Source: Longimicrobiales bacterium
GTDB lineage: Bacteria > Gemmatimonadota > Gemmatimonadetes > Longimicrobiales > Gaopeijiaceae
Length of the DNA: 64,000 nt
Direction: 5' to 3'
Assembly: GCA_041690395.1 (NCBI GenBank)
Contig: JAWLHJ010000002.1
Location: 532,751-596,750, forward strand
Shown here: positions 18,030-26,919 of the stretch, in pieces
How positions within the stretch are numbered: the first letter of the stretch is position 1
Layout: each line of letters opens with the position of its first letter
The notes under the pieces: model-generated
The model's input: only the letters and a program-made list of their open reading frames with translations
What the model was told of the DNA's origin: nothing
The model's database searches: none
Made by a program: the position numbers and the translations under genes

Positions 18030-19664
18030 ATGTCCCGCCCGAAGCTCATGCTCTATACGGCCCTCGCGCTCGCGACCCCCGCTCTGCTCACCGCTCAGGA
18101 TCATGGCATGGGAGGGGGGAGCATGGAGGCTTCGTTACCGGAGAGCTTCTCGGAACCGATGCCGCTCCACCACGACGGCAGGGGGCTCGGCCCCTTCACC
18201 CGCCCGATCACGACCGCATCGGTGGAGGCGCAGCGCTACTTCGATCAGGGTGTCCAGCTGATGTACGCCTTCGACGTCACCGGTGCGGCACGGTCGTTCC
18301 GCGAGGCCTGGAGACTCGATCCGAACTGCGCCATGTGCTACTTCGGCGAGGCATGGTCTTGGGGCTCCTACCTCAACGGCCCGATGACCGCCATGGACGC
18401 GCCACGTGCGCACGCCGCGATCTCGAAGGCGCTGGAGCTCGCGCCGGGCAACGCCACGGAAGTCGAGCGGGCGCTCATCGCGGCGATGGCCGTGCGGTAC
18501 GAGCCCGAGCACGACCCCGATCGCCGGCGCGCGTTGGACGAGCGGTGGGCGGAGGCCGCGCGGGACGTCTACGAGCGCTTCCCGAGCGATCTCGACGCCG
18601 GATTCCTGGCGGGCGAGGCGCTCATGCTCCTTCAGCCCAGGCGGGGGCTCTGGGACATCGAAGACCCCGAAGTCCAGGAGATCCACCGCGTCCTCGAGTC
18701 GGTCCTCGACCAGGACATCGAGCACCCCGGCGCATGCCATCTCTACATCCACGCCACCGAGCCGACGCAGCGCCCCGGGAAGGCGGAGGCCTGCGCGGCC
18801 TTCCTGGGAAGCTCGATCCCGGGGGCGAGCCACATCCAGCACATGCCCTCGCACACGTGGAACCGGGTCGGGCGGTGGGGCGACGCGGTGCGCGCGAACA
18901 TCGACGCCTGGCATTCCGACCTGAAGGCGGCGCGCGGGGAGGGATTCGCCATCTATCCGTCGCACAACCTGCACATGCTCCTGTTCGCCGCTTCCAACGA
19001 CGGTCAGGGCGCCGTGGCGATCCAGGCGGGCAAGGACTACGGCGAGCTCATGGAGGGCGGGAGCTTCTACCATGGGCTCACGCTGCTCCGGTTCGGACGT
19101 TTCGACGAGATCCTGGAGCTGCGTGATCCGCCCCAGAACCTCGTGTTCCGCGGGCTCTGGGACTTCTCGAAGGGATACGCCCACCTCCGCACCGGCGACG
19201 AGGGCACCGCCCGCTGGTATCTGCACCGGATCGAGACCGCCATCGCCGAGGCGCCCGAGGGCACGAACTTCCGTGGTCACTCGGCCGACCAGCTCCTCGG
19301 GGTGGTCGCCGCCATTCTCGAAGGGGAGATCCTCCGCGCCAACGGGCAGCTCGATGCCGCCATCGACGTGCTCTCGGCCGGCGCCGACCTCGAGGACACC
19401 ATCCGCTACGACGAGCCGGAGCCGCTCAACTTCTCGATCCGGCACTGGCTCGGAGACGCCCTGAACGAAGCCGGCCGTCACGCCGAGGCCGAGCAGGTGT
19501 TCGAGACGGAGCTCGTGGACCACCCGAACAACGGCTGGTCGCTGTTCGGCCTCGAGGAAGCGTTGAGGGCGCAGGGCAAGGATGCCGAGGCCGACCGTGT
19601 GCAGGAGCGCTTCAGGGAGGCGTGGGCCCGGTCCGACAGCTACATCTGGGCGCCGGTGTTCTGA
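18030..19664 (+). CDS. Secreted TPR-like repeat protein
   Basis: AAGGAGG RBS, signal peptide, AQRYFDQG, LDPNCAMCY, HPGACHLYIH, HMPSH and HPNNGWSLFGL motifs; start reassigned to 18030. Confidence 0.85.
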   Translation: MSRPKLMLYTALALATPALLTAQDHGMGGGSMEASLPESFSEPMPLHHDGRGLGPFTRPITTASVEAQRYFDQGVQLMYAFDVTGAARSFREAWRLDPNCAMCYFGEAWSWGSYLNGPMTAMDAPRAHAAISKALELAPGNATEVERALIAAMAVRYEPEHDPDRRRALDERWAEAARDVYERFPSDLDAGFLAGEALMLLQPRRGLWDIEDPEVQEIHRVLESVLDQDIEHPGACHLYIHATEPTQRPGKAEACAAFLGSSIPGASHIQHMPSHTWNRVGRWGDAVRANIDAWHSDLKAARGEGFAIYPSHNLHMLLFAASNDGQGAVAIQAGKDYGELMEGGSFYHGLTLLRFGRFDEILELRDPPQNLVFRGLWDFSKGYAHLRTGDEGTARWYLHRIETAIAEAPEGTNFRGHSADQLLGVVAAILEGEILRANGQLDAAIDVLSAGADLEDTIRYDEPEPLNFSIRHWLGDALNEAGRHAEAEQVFETELVDHPNNGWSLFGLEEALRAQGKDAEADRVQERFREAWARSDSYIWAPVF

Positions 19665-19710
19665 CCATCCTGCGGGCGGCGTTACCCCACGCCGCCCGGA
19701 TCGGGTCGGC

Positions 19711-20229
19711 CTAGGAGGCGCCGCCCCGCGACACGATCCCGGGATTGGCCGACGCTCGCGAGGACGCCACGCGACCGAGCTTTCCCCCGGTGCTCATTGC
19801 CCCGTACCCCAGGAGCACCAACACGACGGCGGAGGTCAGGTACTTCGTGGACTGGAGCGCGCCGCCCGCGACAATCGCCATCTCGGCCTCCGGGCGCATG
19901 CCGCGCATCTGCGCGACGTCGAGGGCGAAGACGCCCGTAAGCAGGAGCAGCCCGAGCGCGCTCAGGATCGCGAGCGCCCCCCCCACGCGGAGAACCCACG
20001 CGCGCTCCTCCCAGTACCCGACGAACAGGGCCAGGACCAGCCCGAGCATCGGTGTGTGGAGATATCCGGGGAACAGCCCGAGCGCCCCGTACCGCCAGTT
20101 GAAGTCACCCGCGCGCGCGGGCATGACGCTCGTCAGGAAGTCGAGCAGTGGCATGGTGACGAGAACGAGCGCGAACAGATAAAGCGCCCGTGTCGCCCAC
20201 GGGGAGACCTGCACGGAGGATTTTGTCAT
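19711..20229 (-). CDS. Hypothetical four-TM membrane protein
   Basis: Four hydrophobic segments and a WRYGALG motif. No family recognised. Confidence 0.7.
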   Translation of the reverse strand: MTKSSVQVSPWATRALYLFALVLVTMPLLDFLTSVMPARAGDFNWRYGALGLFPGYLHTPMLGLVLALFVGYWEERAWVLRVGGALAILSALGLLLLTGVFALDVAQMRGMRPEAEMAIVAGGALQSTKYLTSAVVLVLLGYGAMSTGGKLGRVASSRASANPGIVSRGGAS

Positions 20230-20243
20230 GGTGAGCACATGGG

Positions 20244-20282
20244 AAAAGAAAAGAGCGGAGCGCGCAAGAGCACGCTCCGCTC
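20244..20282 (-). terminator. Intrinsic terminator downstream of the PEP-CTERM gene
   Basis: 10-bp inverted repeat GAGCGGAGCG (20253-20262) / CGCTCCGCTC (20273-20282), followed on the minus strand by TTTTCTTTT. Confidence 0.85.
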
Positions 20283-20330
20283 GCCGGCACCGGTTAAAGG
20301 GGGGTCACCGGTGGCGGGGGGGTCTAACCG

Positions 20331-21065
20331 TCAGGCTTCGACCTGATCCCTTCTCTTTCTTCCCAGCACGGCCAGGAAGAACAGACCAGTCGCCATCAGG
20401 AGGTAGGTCGACGGCTCGGGTACGGTCGCGGTGCGAGTGCGGACGAGCATCTCCTGGCCGGGGTTGGGACCGGTTCCCGTCAGCACGTACCAGCCGTCGG
20501 CCGAGTAGTCCTGCGCGGCGCCGGCGTGCGCAAGCAGGTTAGGCGTCCCGTTCCCTCCATTGTCTACGAAGCTGTCCGACATACCGGACCAGATCATCGC
20601 GTGGATGTCCGTCCAGACCGACTGCCGACTGGAACCCAGATCCTCCCAGGAATCGAAAAGGGACGCGTAGTACGCGGCCTGCCGGTAGCGGTTCAGGCTG
20701 CCCGCCTCGGTTCCGAGCCTGGTGCTCCCGAGGTCCCCGTCGCCCCCCGCATCACCGAGCGAGGTCACGACCACGTTCTGGTCGCCGGCGAAGGCTTCGA
20801 AATCGATGCAGATGATGCTGAAGCTGGGTGCGGTCACACCGCCGAACCGTCCTTCGTAGGGCCCGACGTACACGCGGCCAGAGAACTCATCGCTGGAGAA
20901 CGTACGGGTGGAGGCGGTGTTGGACCCGGCATTCTGGTAGTCGAGGAAGTAGGTCTCCCCGTCATTCAGCACGCCCTGGTAATCATCGATCCACTGCCCC
21001 TGCACGGCCGCCGGAAACAGCGCGAACGCCGCCCAGAGGACGATATGTCTGGTGAACCGCTTCAT
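20331..21065 (-). CDS. PEP-CTERM sorting domain surface protein
   Basis: Signal peptide; C-terminal VPEPSTYLLMATGLFFLAVLGRKRR; GAGGGGAG RBS before the ATG at 21065. Confidence 0.93.
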   Translation of the reverse strand: MKRFTRHIVLWAAFALFPAAVQGQWIDDYQGVLNDGETYFLDYQNAGSNTASTRTFSSDEFSGRVYVGPYEGRFGGVTAPSFSIICIDFEAFAGDQNVVVTSLGDAGGDGDLGSTRLGTEAGSLNRYRQAAYYASLFDSWEDLGSSRQSVWTDIHAMIWSGMSDSFVDNGGNGTPNLLAHAGAAQDYSADGWYVLTGTGPNPGQEMLVRTRTATVPEPSTYLLMATGLFFLAVLGRKRRDQVEA

Positions 21066-21113
21066 GCACTCCCCTCGATCTGCGAGATGGTCTGTGACCC
21101 CGCAGAGAGCAGT

Positions 21114-21130
21114 TGCAACCGACGTGCCGG
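21114..21130 (-). promoter_or_regulatory. Sigma-54 (-24/-12) promoter of the PEP-CTERM gene
   Basis: The minus strand reads CCGGCACGTCGGTTGCA, i.e. GGCACG-N4-TTGCA with canonical spacing, about 50 nt upstream of the ATG. Confidence 0.75.
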
Positions 21131-21346
21131 CCGGGTGGTCATCTGTGGACAACTGCCTAGGCCCCGCCATTGCTGGCTTTCGGGGCCTTCTCCGCGAGCG
21201 GCCGACCACCTGGGGACCGTGGCATCGTTGCAACAATCCAACACTTCGGGGGTGTGGCCACCACACCTCTCGGACCATGGAACCCGATGACGCCCTGCGG
21301 GCTAGAACGCTCGACACGAACCACACGAAGGAAGGAGCACCGTCCG

Positions 21347-21592
21347 ATGCCCTACTACGAGTACCACTGCCCGGCGAACGGCCGGACCGTCGAGATCCGC
21401 CACGGCATGAGCGAACGGATCGAGAACTGGGGCACGCTCGCCGAGCGCGCCGGGATCGACCTGTCCGGAGCACCCGCGGACACCCCGGTCGAGCGGCTGA
21501 TGAGCGCGCCCGTTCCCCTGGCCGCCGATTCCGGGACCGCCGCGGGCTTCGGCGGGTGCGGATCCGGTTGTGCCTGCGCCCCCCGAGCCTGA
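21347..21592 (+). CDS. FmdB-family zinc-ribbon protein
   Basis: MPYYEYHC start, VERLMSAP, C-terminal GCGSGCAC; AAGGAG RBS. Confidence 0.8.
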   Translation: MPYYEYHCPANGRTVEIRHGMSERIENWGTLAERAGIDLSGAPADTPVERLMSAPVPLAADSGTAAGFGGCGSGCACAPRA

Positions 21593-21602
21593 GCGGCGAG
21601 TC

Positions 21603-21899
21603 ATGTCACGCCTCACCTCCAAGCAACGCGCCGAGCTACGTCGTCACGCCCATCCTCTGAAACCGGTCGTCATCGTCGGGAACGACGGTGTGACCGACGC
21701 GGTGGTCCAGTCGGTCCGTGAGGCGTTCAACACCCGTGAGCTCCTCAAGGTGAAGGCGCTGGAATCGGCTCCGGCCCCCATCCGCGAGATCGCGAACGCG
21801 ATCGCGGCCGGCCTCGGCGACGCGGAGACCGTGCAGACGATCGGCCGGACGGCGGTGCTCTACAGGCCCGACCCGGACGAACCGGTACTGCTGCGGTAG
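21603..21899 (+). CDS. yhbY: YhbY/CRM-domain RNA-binding protein
   Basis: LTSKQRAELRRHAHPLKPVVIVG..GVT, ELLKVK and VQTIGRTAVLYR motifs. Confidence 0.92.
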   Translation: MSRLTSKQRAELRRHAHPLKPVVIVGNDGVTDAVVQSVREAFNTRELLKVKALESAPAPIREIANAIAAGLGDAETVQTIGRTAVLYRPDPDEPVLLR

Positions 21900-21909
21900 C
21901 GGTGCCCTG

Positions 21910-23247
21910 TCAGGGCACGCGCTCGAGCACGGTGTCGTAGGTTCCCGCGGCGATCGCGACCGCGACTTCCTCCATCAGGGCCGACTCGATACGAGCGGTC
22001 TGCTCGCCGAGGAAACGGGGGTCGAACAGCGCGGCCTCCTCCTCGGACAGCTCGAGCCGCTCGTGGTTGCCATCGAACTCGCCGCGCCGGAACGGGCCGC
22101 CGGCCCGTCCCTCCGCACGGAACCGCGTGACCTCGCGGCCGTCGTGGTCGACCAGGACGACGTCGGCCAGCAGCCGATACGCGAGCGTCCCTTCCACCAC
22201 GTCGTACTGGGCGGGCCGCGGCTCCCGGCTCGGTCCGGTCGATCCGTCCCTCAGGCGGGAGGCGCGAGTCGTGCGCTCCACGTCCTCCTCCACGACCTCG
22301 ATCTCGGTGAGCTCGACCATGGCGGCCAGATCGGCCCCGACGAGCTGAAGCACCCGGCCCACCAGGAGCGGTGTCTGGGGAACGCCCCGGAGGAGTCCCC
22401 GCAGCTCGCGCCGCATGGCCGTATGATCGGCCATTCTCACGAACGGTGGCGGGTTCGTCCAATGGTCGAGCACGAGGTCTTCGTCGAGCCCGATCTCGAA
22501 CTCGGGCCCCAGGTAGTCACGGACGCCGCCGCTCGCGACGACCGGAGGCACCGCGACCACGACCGTTCCCCGCTCCAACGCGACACCCTGTAGGTCACGG
22601 GCCGTCAGCACGACGTCGCGGGCCGTCGACGGACGCACCTGCATGGCCTGGTCGGCCAGCTCGAACGCGGTCCGGGGCCGCCCGTCCTCCAACTCGACCT
22701 CGGCCCACGAGAGCAGGAGATCGGTCTCCGCGTCGAGCGACGTCTCGGTCTGGCTGCGTGACGGCGAGAAGTCGCTGCGGGCATCGATGAACGCCCGCCG
22801 CGCCTCGGCCCAGCGGCCGTCGTCCCGCGCTTCGTACCCGTACCTCATCCGCCACTCGATGGCACGGTCGAAGAGCGCCCGGCGCTCCTCTTCGTAACCG
22901 ACATGGGGCGACAAGCGCTCACCCGCGGACCGGACCCGAGCGAGCATACGGTCGATGTCCTGGTAGCGCTGGGCGGCCTGCACCGGCTCGCCACGTGCCT
23001 CGAGCCGGTCGGCTTCGGTCAGGGCCATCCCCATCGCCGTGTCGGCGGCCGCGACGAGGCGCTCCCGTGCCTCGGTCAACGAGCCGTCACGCTCGACCGC
23101 GTCGGCGTACCGATAGACGGCATCCATGTACTGGCCCCGGTTCTGGAGCTGGACGCCCTCCTCGAGTCGATCTTCGGCCGACACGCAGCCGAGCGCGGAA
23201 AGCGCCGCAAGACCGAGGAACACCGAAAGCTTACGCTTGAAACCCAT
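21910..23247 (-). CDS. Hypothetical TPR-like lipoprotein
   Basis: Lipobox ALGC, helical repeats, then an alpha/beta C-terminal domain; start reassigned to MGFKRK. Confidence 0.75.
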   Translation of the reverse strand: MGFKRKLSVFLGLAALSALGCVSAEDRLEEGVQLQNRGQYMDAVYRYADAVERDGSLTEARERLVAAADTAMGMALTEADRLEARGEPVQAAQRYQDIDRMLARVRSAGERLSPHVGYEEERRALFDRAIEWRMRYGYEARDDGRWAEARRAFIDARSDFSPSRSQTETSLDAETDLLLSWAEVELEDGRPRTAFELADQAMQVRPSTARDVVLTARDLQGVALERGTVVVAVPPVVASGGVRDYLGPEFEIGLDEDLVLDHWTNPPPFVRMADHTAMRRELRGLLRGVPQTPLLVGRVLQLVGADLAAMVELTEIEVVEEDVERTTRASRLRDGSTGPSREPRPAQYDVVEGTLAYRLLADVVLVDHDGREVTRFRAEGRAGGPFRRGEFDGNHERLELSEEEAALFDPRFLGEQTARIESALMEEVAVAIAAGTYDTVLERVP

Positions 23248-23339
23248 GTCGACCCCTCGAACGGTGATCTTCCCCCCGACCTCCCAAAATACGCCGGGGA
23301 GCGGCACGAGTCACAGACTTTTTTCCGGACCGGAGCAGC

Positions 23340-23966
23340 CTATCTGTCCCTGCCGGCCCGCCGGGAGGAGTCGACGGCCGCGCGCAGGCACCGCTCTTCC
23401 AGCTTCTCGGTATCGGAGAGCGCGTCGGGGGAACCACCTTCACGCACCCAGTCCCTGACTTCCGCGGCTCGCTCGTCGAAGCCCAGTCCGTCCAGCGCGT
23501 CCGCCACGGCGTCCACGAACTCCAGCTGGGGAGAGTAGCGGGCCATCTCCAGGATCTGCCCGGCGGCCCGCGCGTCCTCGCCGATCTCGTGCGCCGCCTC
23601 AACGTAGTCCCGGAGGTGCAGCAGCGCGGTCGCCTTGTGACGCGCAGCGAGGTCGAGCCAGGTCAGCGTGCAGAGCGTGCGTACCGCCTTCGGGTGCACG
23701 CGGATGATCTTGTTCGCCACACCACGCGCGGCCTCCCGCTGCTGATCTTCCAGGAAGGCGTCGATCGCGCGGCCGTAGAACTCGACCGCCTGAGCCCGCC
23801 GACCCGCCCTGAGCGCCAGGTCCCCCGCTTTGTTCAGCGGGGTACCCTGGTACCCGGGACGGGCGCGCGCGGCTTCCTCCTCGAGGGCCCGAAGGCGGCC
23901 TTCGAGGTCCGACGGGCCATCGCTCGAGCCGGACTTCGATCCGAAGAGGCGTGAGAGTAGCGACAT
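23340..23966 (-). CDS. Hypothetical helical/TPR-like protein
   Basis: MSLLSRLFG amphipathic start and an LNKAGDL...YGRAIDAF TPR-like pattern. Confidence 0.7.
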   Translation of the reverse strand: MSLLSRLFGSKSGSSDGPSDLEGRLRALEEEAARARPGYQGTPLNKAGDLALRAGRRAQAVEFYGRAIDAFLEDQQREAARGVANKIIRVHPKAVRTLCTLTWLDLAARHKATALLHLRDYVEAAHEIGEDARAAGQILEMARYSPQLEFVDAVADALDGLGFDERAAEVRDWVREGGSPDALSDTEKLEERCLRAAVDSSRRAGRDR

Positions 23967-23999
23967 GGGGGGAAGACTACGAGACTCGTCGCGCCGTGA

Positions 24000-24704
24000 C
24001 TACTCGACGATGCCCAGAAGCTCGATGTCGAAGACGAGCACCGAGTTCGGCCCGATGATCGGGCCGGACCCCTGCGGCCCGTACGCGAGGTCGGACGGAA
24101 TCCAGATTCGGTACTGGCTCCCGACCGGCATGAGCTGCAGCGCCTCGGAGAAGCCGGGGATGACCGCCCCGACCCCGAAGACGGCAGGATCGCCGCCCCT
24201 CGAGCTGTCGAACTCCGTGCCGTCGATGAGCGTGCCGGTGTAGTGGACCTCGACCTGGTCGCCGGCGGCCGGAGTCGGACCCTCGCCCTCGGACAGCACC
24301 TCGTATTGGAGACCGCTCTCGGTCGTCACGACGTCGTCCCGCTCGGCGTTCTCGGCGAGGAACGCCACGCCGGCCTCGGAGTTCTCGGTGGCGGCCTGCT
24401 CACGCGCGGCGGCGGCGGCGGCCTGGATCTCCTGGGCGAACGCCTCGAGCGCCGGCTGGATCTCGGCCCGGTCGATCGCGGGCTCGCTTCCCTGCAGGGC
24501 GTCTTCGACGCCGCGCATGAACGCCATCCGATCCAGACGGTCGCGTGAATCGGCGAGCTGGCTTCCGACGTTCAGGCCGATGCCGTAGCTGGCCTTCTGA
24601 TCGTCGGAATCGAGGGCGGCGGATTCGAAGGATGCCGAGCCGTTCGAGCAGGCGGCAGCCGTGACGGTCAGGGCCATCAGCCCCGTGAGGAGACGAGCGT
24701 TCAT
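24000..24704 (-). CDS. FKBP-type peptidyl-prolyl isomerase (FkpA/Mip-like lipoprotein)
   Basis: KASYGIG, TESGLQYEVL, VHYTGTLIDGTEFDSS, VIPGFSEAL, LAYG and NSVLVFDIELL motifs. Confidence 0.96.
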   Translation of the reverse strand: MNARLLTGLMALTVTAAACSNGSASFESAALDSDDQKASYGIGLNVGSQLADSRDRLDRMAFMRGVEDALQGSEPAIDRAEIQPALEAFAQEIQAAAAAAREQAATENSEAGVAFLAENAERDDVVTTESGLQYEVLSEGEGPTPAAGDQVEVHYTGTLIDGTEFDSSRGGDPAVFGVGAVIPGFSEALQLMPVGSQYRIWIPSDLAYGPQGSGPIIGPNSVLVFDIELLGIVE

Positions 24705-24892
24705 AGGTCCTTTGTCCTGAAAGATGAGGAATCACGAAGCTAACGCGTCGGGCGCCGGGACCCAACGGCATCGCGCGCCTGGCCCTGCATGCCACTGCCT
24801 GGGGCATTCGGCCACACCATACTAGCTTCCTCCCGACGATCGCTTGAATCCGACGGGCGACTTCGGTGTATTCGTCCGTGTCCCTACCCGTA

Positions 24893-24910
24893 TTACTGCC
24901 CGATCAGTAA
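24893..24910. promoter_or_regulatory. Palindromic candidate operator upstream of nadA
   Basis: TTACTG-CCCGAT-CAGTAA, AT-rich arms in a GC-rich background, 17 nt before the GTG start. Confidence 0.4.
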
Positions 24911-24927
24911 CCGACTTCGGAGTCGCC

Positions 24928-25905
24928 GTGAGCGCACCTTCGACCCAACTCAGCCCCGCGGAGCGCCTGAGCGGGATCCTTCCCGACGTGGAGATCGCCG
25001 CGCTGGAGCCGCTCCTCGCGGAGATCGAAGAGCTCAAGCGCCGGCGGAACGCCGTGGTGCTGGCCCACAACTACATGACGCCGGACATCTTCCACGGAGT
25101 CGCGGACTTCAAGGGAGATTCCCTGGCGCTCGCCCGTATGGCGACAGAGACGGACGCCGAGGTCATCGTGATGGCCGGCGTCCACTTCATGGCCGAGACG
25201 GCGAAGATCGTCAACGAGCAGAAGACGGTCCTGATCCCCGACATGCGCGCGGGATGCTCGCTCGCCGAAGGGATCACCGGCGCCGACGTGCGCCTGTTGC
25301 GGGAGCGCTACCCCGGCGTGCCGGTCGTGACGTACGTGAACACGTCGGCCGAGGTGAAGGCCGAGTCGGACATCTGTTGCACCTCCGGCAACGCGGTCCA
25401 GGTCGTGGAGTCCCTCGGGGTACCGAAGGTGATCTTCCTCCCGGACCAGTACCTCGGCCGGTGGGTGGCGACCCAGACGGACGTCGAGATCGTGCTGTGG
25501 AACGGCTCCTGCGAGGTCCACGAGCGCTTCACCGGCGAGGAGCTCCGGGCGTACCGCTCACAGCACCCCGGCATCCAGATCATCGCGCACCCCGAATGCC
25601 CGCCCGACGTGCTGGACGAGGCGGACTTCGTCGGCTCGACCGCGCGCATGATCGATTGGGTCCATACCGAGCGCCCCCGCCAGGTCGTGATGGTCACCGA
25701 GTGCTCCATGAGCGACAACGTGGCCGCGGAGTCGCCGGAGACGGAGTTCATCCGACCGTGCAACATGTGTCCGCACATGAAGCGCATCACGCTCGAGGGC
25801 ATCCGTGACAGCCTCCGTGACATGAAGAACGAGGTGATCGTCCCCGCCGACGTCGCCGCCCGCGCCCGAGTGGCCGTCGAGCGGATGCTGGAGGTGCGGG
25901 TCTGA
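24928..25905 (+). CDS. nadA: Quinolinate synthase
   Basis: [41 protein letters not shown] and CPHMK motifs; start reassigned to GTG at 24928 after GGAG. Confidence 0.97.
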   Translation: MSAPSTQLSPAERLSGILPDVEIAALEPLLAEIEELKRRRNAVVLAHNYMTPDIFHGVADFKGDSLALARMATETDAEVIVMAGVHFMAETAKIVNEQKTVLIPDMRAGCSLAEGITGADVRLLRERYPGVPVVTYVNTSAEVKAESDICCTSGNAVQVVESLGVPKVIFLPDQYLGRWVATQTDVEIVLWNGSCEVHERFTGEELRAYRSQHPGIQIIAHPECPPDVLDEADFVGSTARMIDWVHTERPRQVVMVTECSMSDNVAAESPETEFIRPCNMCPHMKRITLEGIRDSLRDMKNEVIVPADVAARARVAVERMLEVRV

Positions 25906-25919
25906 AGGGCGCCCGGCCG

Positions 25920-26753
25920 ATGCCGGGGGAGATCGATGCCTTCCTCCGCGCGGCCCTCCAGGAGGATCTCGGTGAGGCGGGCGACGTCACCTCGGCAGCC
26001 ACCATTCCGGACGACGCGCTGGCGACCGCCCACCTGGTGGCCCGGGAGCCGGGGTGTGTCGCAGGGCTCGCGGTGGCGCTCCGGACCTTCCAGCTCCTCG
26101 ACGAAACCGTTCGCGTCCGATCGCAGGCAGCCGACGGAGACCGGGTCCGGGCGGGCGCAGTCCTCGCCGAGGTGAGCGGCCCGGCCCGCGCTCTGCTCTC
26201 TGCCGAGCGGGTGGCTCTCAATCTCCTCGGTCAACTCTCAGGTGTCGCCACCGCGACGGCCGCGCTCGTCGACGCCGTCTCGGGCACCTCCGCCCGCATC
26301 GTCGACACACGCAAGACCGTTCCGGGCCTCCGCGCTCTGCAGAAGGCCGCGGTTCGCGCGGGCGGAGGCGGGAACCACCGGATGGGCCTCCACGACGCCG
26401 TCCTGATCAAGGACAACCACATCGCAGCCGTGGGCTCCCCGGCCGAAGCCGTGCGTCGGGCCCGTGCGCACGTGGGCGCCGACTTCCGGGTCGAGGTCGA
26501 GATCGAATCGTTGGACGACCTCGAAGCGGTCATCGAAGCCGGGGCGGACATCGTCATGCTCGACAACATGCCGCCCGAGACCATGCGCACGGCGGTGGAG
26601 CAAGCGCGCGGTCGGTGCCTCCTGGAGGCGTCGGGTGGCATCACGCTCGACACCGTGCGAGCCGTGGCGGAGACCGGCGTGGACTGGATCTCCGTGGGAT
26701 GGCTGACGCACTCGGCTCCCTCCCTCGACGTGGCCCTCGACTTCGTCGGGTGA
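25920..26753 (+). CDS. nadC: Nicotinate-nucleotide diphosphorylase (carboxylating)
   Basis: ERVALN, DTRKTVPGLR, NHRMGL, LIKDNH, MLDNM and EASGGI motifs. Confidence 0.97.
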   Translation: MPGEIDAFLRAALQEDLGEAGDVTSAATIPDDALATAHLVAREPGCVAGLAVALRTFQLLDETVRVRSQAADGDRVRAGAVLAEVSGPARALLSAERVALNLLGQLSGVATATAALVDAVSGTSARIVDTRKTVPGLRALQKAAVRAGGGGNHRMGLHDAVLIKDNHIAAVGSPAEAVRRARAHVGADFRVEVEIESLDDLEAVIEAGADIVMLDNMPPETMRTAVEQARGRCLLEASGGITLDTVRAVAETGVDWISVGWLTHSAPSLDVALDFVG

Positions 26754-26919
26754 CACCGTGCGGGGCCCCCGTCACAGGCTCGTGACCTTCTCGGGATCCG
26801 GCTGAGACGCTTCCGTCGTCGGGCCGATCCCTCTCCGACTCAGCTTCCCTTACGGCGTCGTGGAAAGCCGCGGCGCCGCATCCGACGTGGATCAACGTCA
26901 AGACAAGGGATAGCAGATC

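Noticed and set aside
24844..24927. Known NAD+-I (nadA motif) riboswitch
   Set aside because: The conserved tandem-domain sequence features were not recognisable; retained only as an unassigned candidate leader.
26771..26786. GTCAC-N6-GTGAC upstream of the TonB receptor as a Pho box
   Set aside because: The match is too short, could be part of a hairpin after nadC, and no phosphatase/phytase gene is adjacent.
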